Positions 24,053 through 35,300 of a stretch of 64,000 nt of DNA are shown here, one piece after another. Position numbers and translations under genes: made by a program. This DNA comes from Histomonas meleagridis 2922-C6/04-290x. Its lineage: Eukaryota; Protista; Parabasalia. Below the pieces are notes generated by a model. The model was not told where the DNA came from. It ran no database searches and saw only the letters and a list, made by a program, of their open reading frames with translations. Position 1 is the first letter of the stretch. Each line of letters opens with the position of its first letter. The stretch covers positions 124,001-188,000 of the forward strand of contig JAANOX010000242.1 in assembly GCA_020184695.1 (NCBI GenBank), given 5' to 3'.

Positions 24053-27000
24053 TTATTTTGTCTTTTTCAAAAATCTAAATATAGTTAATTCATAATTTAA
24101 TTTTTGTTCATCATATTCGATACCATCAATTTCCTTAAGGAGATTCACAATTTCTTTTTTCTTTTCTTTAGCTGCAATTAAAATTGCTGTATCAAATAAT
24201 TTTAATAATTTCCAAGTATTGTTATAAAACATCAAAATAGAACAACAAAAATTAAATTACGTAAAAAGATATTTTTAGCATTAACATTAATTCCTTCTTG
24301 TTCAAGAAGTAATTTAACTGTTTCTATGCAGCCATTTCTAGAAGCAATCATAAGTGCTGTATAAAATATTTTAAATAATTTCCAAATATTATTTTGAAAT
24401 CCAAAATTATCAAAATTAATTTTAAATAAAAAAAATAAACGTTTTTGGCATTAATGTCAATTCCTTTTTGTTCAAGAAGTAATTTAACGATTTCTGTACG
24501 ACCATTTGAAAATGCTAAAATAAGTGCTGTATTATATAATTTAAATAATTTTCAAATATTATTTTGAAATATTAAATTATTAAAATAAATTTTAAATAAA
24601 ACAAATAAATATCTTTAGCATTGATATCAATTCCTTCTTGTTCAAGAAGTAATTGAACTATTTCTGTATGACCATAATAAGATGCATTCATAAGTGCTGT
24701 TCTAAATAATTAAAATAATTTCCAAATATTATTTTGAAATATTAAATTATGAAAATAAATTCTAAATAAAACAAATAAATATCTTTAGCATTAATATCAA
24801 TTCCTTCTTGTTCAAGAAGTAATTTAATTACTTCTATATTACCTTTATAAGATGCAAATATAAGTGGTGTTTCAAATAATATTCATTATCTCCAAATAAT
24901 AATATCATATATTAAAATATAAAAATAAAAATTAAATGAAAGAATCAAACATTTTTAGCACTAACATCAAAACAATTTTGGTCAAGAAGGAATTTAAGTG
25001 TATCTATATGTCCATTTCTAGAAGCATACATAAGTGCTGTATCAAGATATTTAAAAAAATTTCTTTAATTATTTTGAAACATTAAAAGATTGGAACAATT
25101 ATTAAACAAATTATATATACATTTTTCAAAGTTATATCATTTCCTTCTTGTTCAAAAATTAATTTAAAAGTTTCAAAGTTAACATTTGATGCTGCTGCCA
25201 TAAGTGCTGTTTCAAATATTATAAACAAATTCCATATATATTTATGATATATTAAATTATATAGACAAAAATTATTTACGAAAAATAAATATTTTTTATA
25301 TGAATATCAATCTTTTTTTGATCAAGAAGTAATTTAACTAACTCTGGCTTGCAGTATCTAGCTGCATATATAATTGCTGTATTAAATAACTCCAATAATT
25401 TCCATATGTTTTGCTAAAATATCAAATAATTGATACAAATATTAAATGATGTATATAAATATCAGTGGAATTAATATCAATACCTTCATTTTCAAGAATC
25501 AGTTTAACTTTTTCTATTCTATCAAACCTGCATGCTGTCATAAGTATTGTCATAAATAATTTGAATAATTTCCAAATTATATTTTGAAATATCATAATAT
25601 TAAAATATATTTTAATTAAAACAAACAAATATCTTTATCATTAATGTCGATTTCTTGATGTTCAAGAAATAATTTAAATATTTTTTCAACATTTGTTTGC
25701 ATTAAAACTGTTTTAAATAATTTTAATAATTTCCAAATATTATTTTGAAATATTAAATTATGAAAATAAATTCTAAATAAAAGAAATAAATATCTTTAGC
25801 ATTGATATCAATTCCTTCTTGTTCAAGAAGTGATTTAACTATTTCTGTATGACCATTTTCAGATGCTAAAATAAGTGCTGTTTGAAATAATTTAAATAAT
25901 TTCCAAATATTGTTTTGAAATCATAAATTATTAAAATAAAATCCAAATAAAATAAATAAATATCTTTAGCATTAATATCAATTCCTTCTTGTTCAAGAAG
26001 TAATTCAACTATTTCTGTATGACCATAATAAGATGCATTCATAAGTGCTGTTCTAAATAATTAAAATAATTTCCAAATATTATTTTGAAATATTAAATTA
26101 TGAAAATAAATTCTAAATAAAACAAATAAATATCTTTAGCATTAATATCAATTCCTTCTTGTTCAAGAAGTAATTTAACGTTTTCAATATGACCTTTTTC
26201 AGATGCTTTCATAAGTGCTGTATTAAATACTTCAAATAATTTCCAAATATTATTTTGAAATATAAAATCATTAAAATAAATTCCAAATAAAACAAATAAA
26301 TATCTTTAGCATTAATATCAATTCCTTCTTGTTCAAGAAGGAGTTTAATCATATCTACATTATCGTTTTTAGATGCTGCCATAAGTGCTGTATTAAGCAA
26401 TTTGAATAAATTTCAAATATTATTTTGAAATATCACATTAATGAATAAAATTACATATAAAATTTATAAATATCTTTGTAATTTATATTATATTTCTTAT
26501 TTTCGATTAAATATTTTGCAACATGAATTTTGTCAAATTTGGCTGCTTTTATAAGTGCTTCCTTATAATGATTAAATAAATTTTAAATATGAATATGAAA
26601 TTCCAAAATATTAAAATAAATTAAATGAAAAAGTTAAAAACAAAATCATCTTCTTCAAATTCATCTGGGTAATCTAATAGTAATTCTACAAGTTCAATGT
26701 TTCCATTTTCAATTGCACAATCAAGTTCATTCTCAAAAAAATTTTAGAAATCATTTCAATGAGACAAAAGTAATCCCATTTCCTATTCTAATTCCTTTGA
26801 TTCCAAGAAGCATTTTAACAATTTCTGTATTTCCATTTTGACATGCATATGTTAATTCTGTATTAAATGAATAAAATGAATACCAAAAATTTAAATGATA
26901 CAGGATTTTTTTATAAAAAATATCAAAAATTAATAATAAACTTCAAAAAAGTAAATTTTACAATAAAAAATCAAAAGTAATATGTAAAGCATAAATATAA

Positions 27001-28579
27001 ATATTTTTTTGTTGAAGAAGTAATTTTACAATTTCTGGATAACCTTTTATACATGCAATTTGAAGTGATGTATGAAAAATACAAAAAAAATTCCAAATTT
27101 TATTTTGAAATATTAAATCTATTTCGTTCAAATAGAAGATAAAAACTACACAATCATTAACATCAATATTATCTTGTTCAAGAAGATATTTAACAATTTC
27201 AGTACAACCATTTTCTGTTGCATAAGTTAATGCAGTATGTTTAGAAACACCATTTGGTGATACATATAAATGAAATTAATACTAAAATGTTCATTAATAT
27301 TATTAATACCTTTTTCTTCAATAAGATATTTAACAAGTTCAACATTTCCTGAACCTGATGCAAGTACTAAAATATTTGGTGGAATATTATCTTTATTAAG
27401 AAAATCTTTGATAAGATACAAATTACCATGGATCGCTGATTCACGAATAATATCATTAATCTCAATTTTATCTTCTAAAAATGAAAAAATTTGATAATTA
27501 TGATATTGAATACATTTTATTATGTCACTTATATTTTTGTTTTTGATTCTTTCAAAAATTTCCAACGATTTCGTTGGAAAATCAAAATTCATTTGAATTT
27601 TTTTAATCATTTCTAAATTTATAGAATTTTCTTGATTGCCTTTTTCTAAATTTTCTAAATTATTTTCATAAAGATATTTAAAGATATCATTTCGATGAAA
27701 CTTAATTGCTGTTTCATATGCACCTTCAAATGTTGAATGATTTTGTTCACATAAATGAATAATTTCTTTATTTCCACCTGCAACTGCATATTTACCTGTA
27801 TTTTTTATATCCGAACCATTCATAAGTAAATATTTAAAACATTTAATTGAACCAAAAAATGCTGCATAATCAATTAATGTAACATTTCTTTGATTAACAA
27901 ATGAATATCTTTCATATATTGATGATTCAATTGCTTGATTAAAATCAAAATCATTTTGTGATGATATTTCTTGAAGTTTTTCTATTTCATCTTTTCGAAT
28001 TATTTTTGCAATTTCATTCGGATTTTCTCCCTCTTCAATTAATTGTTTATGAAGTTTCCAATCATTTTTCGAAAGTTCGTCAAAGTGATAATAAAAATTA
28101 TTGAAAAAATCAGATGATAATTTTTTTATTTCATGAATTTCTTCATCTTTTAGAAGGTGTGCAAAATAGAGCTTTTTAAAATTATATGTAAAATTTAAAT
28201 TTTTTATATCATATAAATTATGTTCAATTAGTTTTTCCGTGATAAAATATGATTCATTTGTTTCAGATGTAACAATAAAGTTTATGAACATGTTGATTAT
28301 ATTTGAAATATTTGGATTGATTTTTTTTTCTTTGATTTCAAGAATTTGCATAAATTTTAAATAAATTTCAAAATTTTTCCTATGTGAAACAAAAGAGTAA
28401 TATACCATTTGGGATATCATAAAATTAAATGTATATGAAAATTCCTCATCATAAGTGTTCATTATTAATTCAACTGAAGATTCAACATTATTATCATCTA
28501 GGCTAAAAATAATTTGAACCATATTGCTTAATTTATTAAGGCATTCGAATTTAACCATCCAGTAAAAATGCTCGACCAT
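24053..28579 (-). CDS. Locus D: DUF3447 + 19 further ankyrin blocks, each preceded by an insert
   Basis: Blocks start at 27236, 27071, 26861, 26731, 26561, 26391, 26221, 26051, 25881, 25711, 25550, 25380, 25210, 25040, 24870, 24700, 24530, 24360, 24190, all stop-free. Inserts are 50, 75, 120, 40 nt, then 15 x 80 nt. Normal C-terminus ending TAA at 24053. Confidence 0.8.
24190..26731 (-). repeat. 170-bp tandem array (90-nt ankyrin block + 80-nt insert)
   Basis: The taagtgctgt-type motif recurs every 170 bp (one 161-bp unit due to a 9-nt in-frame deletion). Confidence 0.95.
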
Positions 28580-28815
28580 GAGTGAATAAAGTATTGAAAC
28601 ATAAACGTCAAATTATGACGAACATCAGAATCACATTACTTGAAATTAAATAATAAACGGCACAACGATAAATTTAACGTTCTTTCAAAAGTTGATGATC
28701 GATATCGTCGTTATCGTCAAATTTATAACGATACGCCAATATAAACTGGCATTTTTTTTTGTGAATTTTGATAGGATTGTTTTTCGTGGTTTGAATATCA
28801 CTTAACATTTGAGTG

Positions 28816-31800
28816 ATGCTTGTTTCAGAAAGAAATGAGCACGAATTCACTAAGGAAGAACAACGTCGTATCATTGATTCTCTTGACTTGTTCGAAATTT
28901 CAGAAAAAAATATACATAAAGGAAAATTCTGTATTGATAGAGGAATCATCAAATACACAGGACAAATCGTTGCAATGAAAAGAGCCTTAACAGAAGATTC
29001 ATATAAATCACTTGTTAATGAATTCAAGACGTTATGTAAATTATCACATCCAGCAGTCCAATCATTAGTTGGTTTTTATTCCAATCCTGATTACAAAAAG
29101 GCAGTTCTTATTACCCCGTTTTATATTAATGGTACTTTACGTAACATCATTAATTCACCTCCTTCAGAATGGAATTTACTTACAAAAACTATGATTATCT
29201 TTGGAATTGCTACTGGTTTAAAGTATCTTCATGAGAAAGGTATAATACATCATGATCTTAAATGATAATATTCTCATTGATGATAACTTTCATCCAATTA
29301 TTGCAGGTTTTGGTGATTCACATAAAAATCCTAAAGGAGAACTAATGTTCACACTTCCATATATTGCACCTGAAGTTTTATCAGGAGGACAATATACACC
29401 AAAAACTGATGTATATTCATTTGGGCTTCTTGTAAATGAAATTTTTTCTGGATCTCCTCCTTATAAAGGTTTGAGTAATCAACAAATTAATGAGAACATT
29501 GCGGATGGTAATCCTCCTCAAATAGCATCTAAAATCCCGGATTTATTCAAAAAAATATTTATGAAATGCATTAAAAAGGATCCAAGTAAAAGGACAAAAT
29601 CAAAGGATATATTTAAGAAGATAAAGAATGGCCTTGATGATTTACAAGTTAATAGATCAGTTCTTGACACATATAAAAATCAATTATTGGATTCAGCATT
29701 ATGTCCATTAAATAATTTTATTATTCCAACACCTTTAATTGAACTTCCTGGAAAACCACATCCAACGAATAAAGAAGGATCTTATCCAATATTATTAGAT
29801 GTATTTGAGTCTGTTTTGAAAAAAGCAGGAGATAGATCAATTGTTTTGGTGATGCTCTTTGGTCCATATCAATCAGGAAAATCTACATTTCTTCGGACAC
29901 TTACTGGAAACGCGGCATTTTATGCAGGTAAGGGTATAAAAAGTCAAACACAAGGAATTTTAATTGATGGTCCATATATTGTTTCTGATTTAATTAATAG
30001 GCTTGATGATAATTATTGTCAACTAAAAGAGAAATGTAATTCACTTGATATTGATAAGGATACGGCAATGTTTTTCATTGATTCACAAGGTATTGGCGAT
30101 GAAGATTATGAATTAAATCTTAAACCAGTATTGGATAAAGTTAATTCAGTATTTACATCAATAACAACAATATGTCTTACTGTATCTAATTTCAATGATA
30201 AAGTTGATGATATGAAAACAATATTAACAACAATTCGTCGTGCACAACTTTCTTCATCTTTTCCATTATCAAAAGTTTATTTTCTTGTGAAAAAATATCA
30301 AGACCTAAATAATGTTTTGCATTTAATGGATCCTGAAGAATATAAAGTAAATATTTCTGGATTTACAAAATTATGGTGGAATGAGCATAATATTGCAAAA
30401 AACCTTTATAGGCCAGATTCATTAATGCCATTGCCACTCGGAGATGTTGAACATAATTATCCTGGTTATGTTAATACAGTGTACCAAAGTTTATATTATA
30501 TTTTAAGTTCCATACCTAAAGTAAAATTTGAATCCGACCAATACATACAAGCACTGAAATATAGTTCTTATCCATTATTTGATCCATACTTTATGAACTT
30601 TATGAATCTTGTTTTGAGATTTGAAAATGAAAAAATACCAAATACACTTGACTCATCTCTTAGATATTGTTGTTCATGTTGTATGCTTCTTAATACAATG
30701 ATCACAGCAGAAATAAATTCTATTTCTAAATTTGATGATCTAAAAGAAAAAAGAGAGAATTTAGAAGGATTAATTAATATTAATACAAATATTGTATTGC
30801 CATATATTTTAGGGAGTGAAGAAATACCATTCGTTGACTTTAACCAGTATGTATGCGAAATTAAAAGTGATGTCCGTTCATATTTTTATGCAAATAAGGC
30901 AAAATCTCAAAGCACAACATTTAACCAAATTATAAAATTTTATGCTGATGTCTGGAGTGATATTGCAATAAATGCATACAAGCCAATAAACAAAGTAATT
31001 GGATATATTCCGGTTATCAGAACAATTGCAAATGTTTATTATAATGGTGTAATAATTTTAGGAAAGAGTATACTATCGTTGTTTTATGAAGGAAATAAAA
31101 CACATGAATATGATTCCACAACAACCTTATATCCTTATATTTGGGAAAGAGACATTAGAGAAAGAAAATTTAGTGTAATTGATATGGGTCAAATTACAAA
31201 AAGATTGGTTAAAAGTGATCAACCATTATATGTATTTTATGATCAACCGAATCATGATTCAACACTTCTTTTTCAATCTTTAACAGGTATAAAACTTGAT
31301 GCAAAAGATGATAAATATATAATACTTCATGATAATGTTACTTTATCAAAAGTGATAACAAGATTTGAACGCTATTCCAAAAAACGAACATCTACACTTC
31401 CTTCACAAATAAATTTCATCTATGCTAAAGGCATTAATGAAGAAGAACTTCGCAAGATCGAATCTACACAAGGAGTAAACACAATTTTTATTACGTCCTT
31501 TAAAGAAGGTGAGCGTTTAACAGTCTTACCGAAAAATGTACAAATGTTAAATGCTTTTATATTATCAGATAATTATTTTCATTGGGGCGTATATAAATTA
31601 TTTTATAAGAAGGAAATGTGGCGCGTAAATAACTATTATAATGGAATCAATAGAAAATCTGTTAAATTTTTGCCAATTTATGCATCTGATTATCAATTTG
31701 ATAAACATGGACCTCGATGCGTTACATCAATTAAATACGGGTGCAGATATATACTCAAGGATCCCAACTTAGTCTTGAAAAGTGATGAAATCAGAGAATT

Positions 31801-31837
31801 TGAAACAAGTACACTGGATTATGAGCCAAATAAATAA
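28816..31837 (+). pseudogene. TKL-type (pseudo)kinase fused to a GBP/atlastin-like P-loop GTPase; frameshift in the catalytic loop
   Basis: GQIVAMKR, HHDLK|DNIL (2 nt missing after 29262), YIAPE, DVYSFG; then GPYQSGKSTFL and FFIDSQG. Confidence 0.7.
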
Positions 31838-31873
31838 AATGATTTTTTTTTTATTTTTTACATTTTTTTTTTA

Positions 31874-32106
31874 ATTGCACTTATTTCCACATTTAAGTAT
31901 TTTGTTCCCAATATTTTTAAATTACTAATTGAAAAAGAAGGAATTGATATAAATGCTAATAATATTATTTGATTTTATTCAAAGCTTATTTTAGAAATTT
32001 CATGTTTTATAGAAATATTTGGTATTTATTTGAATCGTTTTATACAGCATCTTTTTATGGACATGATGAAATTGATAAATTATTAATTGAACTAAAAGGT
32101 ATTTAA
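31874..32106 (+). repeat. Relic ankyrin pair with one 80-nt insert (31964-32043)
   Basis: 30-codon block IALISTF...EGIDINANN, 80-nt insert, then TASFYGHDEIDKLLIELKGI*. Confidence 0.75.
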
Positions 32107-32375
32107 TGTTAATGCTTATTTATATTATATAATGTTTCGTTCATAAATTTGATAAAATTTAGAATTTCATTTCATTCAGTCAAATGATTACATTAATTTT
32201 TTTTTATATATAGTTCATTATATATTTCTGTGTTTTTTAAAGAATTTTAGGTGGTAATGAAAGTGTTTTTGGAATTTCATATGTAATTAAATTGATAATT
32301 TTTTCTTTTATTTCTATCACATTTACAATTCCTTTATATAAGCCAATAGCCAAAAATCATATTAATAATATTTAT

Positions 32376-35300
32376 TTAAAAAGAAGACATTCTCTGTTGA
32401 AATCTATTTATCGATGCTTGATCACCTATAAATTCACCAATGACTTCGGGGCACCCCTGTATCGTTTCTTTTACAAATTGAATCATTTGTCTTAACGTCT
32501 GCTCGTTCAATTTGAATGATCCCAAAACTTTTTCTTTGTAAGCCAACGTTTGAACGAATACTCGTAAAAATTCCTTCAAGAAAACCTTCGCGATATCAGG
32601 TATATTCTGTATTAACATCAATAAAGATTGATAAATATGTTGAGCCTCCATTTCATCACCTTTAACAGGTAATAATGTCAACATTTTTGGTAAATATTTA
32701 TTGAAGTCGAAATTTTGTGGGAATTTTAACATCAAAGAACATAACAATGATATAACGTCAGTCATTGTTGCCCAATAATGAAGTTGACCAGAATTCTCTT
32801 GTTCGAATAATAATATATCAACTTTCTGGAGTATTTCCGGTATTTTTTGTAACATTAAGTTTGGCTCGTTGTCAATTACTTCACGTATAGCTATAATTGG
32901 CTCAGGTATTACAGTGAAGTTACAAATTGATATATTATCTATAAATGCTTTTAGAATGAATTTCTTTTGTAATGATGGTATGTTATTTAAGAAATTAATA
33001 TAATATTGCCGTAAAACTCCAATATATTGCGATAATTCGAATTCACTTTCAACATGTTTCCGATGATCTAAAAATTCATTAATCGGAAATATGTTCGGAA
33101 TTTTCGTTGCAATTGTAGCAAAGAATCGATATATTTGCATCGATAAAGTTAAAAATGCTTTTTCCGAATTATCAGTTTCTTCATTTTGACATTCCAATTT
33201 ATTATTTAATCCGATTTTCCCATATTTAATTGATTCCATTATTAAGTCATCAGGTAAATTATATCCGTTCTCTAAAAATCGACTAAAAACTTTAAAACAT
33301 GTCGAAACATTTATAGCACCATCTTCTTCATCGAAATGTTTTAATATGATTGTGAAAAATTGCGTTGCATTAATTTGTGGATATAAAAGATGTATATAAG
33401 TTGCAGCTAATGTCGAAGCTACAACTAAATCTTCAGTGATTGAATCCATATAAACATAACAAAACGAAAGCCATTGTGTAGGATCTGAAGGTATTAAACA
33501 ATGACAACGCTTAAAGATATTTTTCATTAATAAAAATGTATTAATCATTGAATTAATTTGACTTTGATTTCCTGCAAATAACATTTCCATTTCTTCATCA
33601 TCTTCATCATCATTTTCATTTTCTTCATTATTATTATTATTAGTATTTTCATCTTGTGTAATTTCTTCAGTAATAATTGATGTTATAAGTGTTTGAATTG
33701 GAACAGAAAAAGTTTCTATTTCGGGTATATCACGTGTTAATATATTCGATAATGAACTCATTACTGATGATCGAATATCATAATCATTCGTTTGACAAGA
33801 TTGTAATAATAATTGCATCGACGGGATAAATATTTCATTGATATTATCTGAAAATCGGATAATGTTTGATAACGCTTCAATCGCATTAGCTTTTAATATT
33901 GGATCTTGTTCTTCTGGTATTGATGCTGCTTGGAATATGATTGGTAATAATTGTTGGATATAAGGTGTAATATCTTCACCAGAAGAAAATATTAAATATG
34001 AAATAACATCAAAGATTAATGGTAAGTTAAATTGTACTTGATATAATCGTGATAATACTGATATACATGGCTCAATTAAATTTATTGGAATGTCACAACA
34101 CATTAATAACTTCTTTAATGATTGTAACGCCATTCGTAAGATATCAACATTATCAATGGTTAATACATTAATTAATAAGCCAATAAATTGACTCCCAATA
34201 TCACTTTGTCCTTCTTCTAAAAGTTTCGCTAATTCGCCAATAATATCAATCGATACTTCTTTGGCACAAATGTGATCGATTTGGAATACAAGAAGAATAA
34301 ATCTGGAGATTTCAGATATATGTTTTAATATCGATTCACTTGTGGTTGAGATAATACGTGATAATGCCATCGCTGATATAATCGCTTCTTGTGGTGAATT
34401 CGTTGATAATTTGGATAATAATTGATTCAGAAATATTCGAGATTTAACTTTAGTGGATAATTTCTCAAGAGCTACAAGTATGTACATTGAGTTTTCATTG
34501 TCTTTATAACTACCATCAACAAATAATTGTGATGCAATAAGTAATGTTTGCTCGATGATTTGTGGAATTTGTGGTATAAGTTCTTGCCCATGTGCTGATA
34601 TTAAATCAATAATTGGTCCATACGCATAAATTGGATTAAGTGGTACATTCGCATATAAGATTTCAAGAATTGCATTGGTGGGAATTGGAAATTGAGATTT
34701 GTCCATCGCAAAACATACTTTTTCGGCAATTTGAATAATGAACCGTTCATCTCCTTGTAAAAAAGATTGCGAAAAGATTTGTAACATGGTTTGAAACGGA
34801 GGAAGAAGAAGATTTAATCCTTCACTTTCAAGTCCATCAGTGGATAAAAGAACAGAACAAAAGCCACAAGCTGTGGAGAGAAGGTTTTGATCAGAAATGG
34901 TATAAGCATTCATTATGAGTGATACAAAAAATGGAAGATTAGAAGATATAGTATTAGGAGCTAAATGTGGTGCAATGTGGCTAAGACTATATAGAGCAAA
35001 TTCAATAGAATTTATTTGTTTGTCATCAGATATTAATTTGGTAATCATTTCAAAAAATTGGGGCCATCTTTCTGCTTCAGTTCGAAATATTGGACGACAT
35101 GAATAAACTAAGCGATGACGGATTAAAGGGATTGTTTCTTTAAAAAATAAATTTAATATGTTGGACTTGATTGGTTCAAGAAATTGTGACTTAGAAAGTT
35201 CTTTTTTCCAATTGATTTTAAGGGATTTCCCTAATTCAATAGCTGCAAAATGTCGAAGTGTATCATTTGCTTCATTGTTGAGTAAATCAATTATTGTTAA

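Noticed and set aside
24701-24780. Simple programmed -1/+1 frameshift, or matched-codon hop ATT->ATT or TTT->TTT
   Set aside because: The order of stops blocks a single shift. ATT->ATT lands upstream of exit-frame stops in several units, and TTT->TTT needs read-through of second/third-codon stops in others. Unmatched bypass is not excluded.
24190-26731. CRISPR-like repeat-spacer array
   Set aside because: Eukaryotic context, no cas genes, and the variable parts are homologous ankyrin codons, not foreign spacers.
24190-26731. 170-bp period as nucleosome positioning
   Set aside because: The period is explained by 30 codons plus the insert; nothing in the sequence tests a chromatin role.
26738-26765. 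GT...AG inside the 40-nt insert (GTCTCATTG...TTTTGAG)
   Set aside because: Poor donor (GTCTCA), non-standard branch spacing, and unique to one of 43 inserts; removing it (34 nt from that GT) also would not leave the ankyrin frame convincingly supported. Treated as chance.
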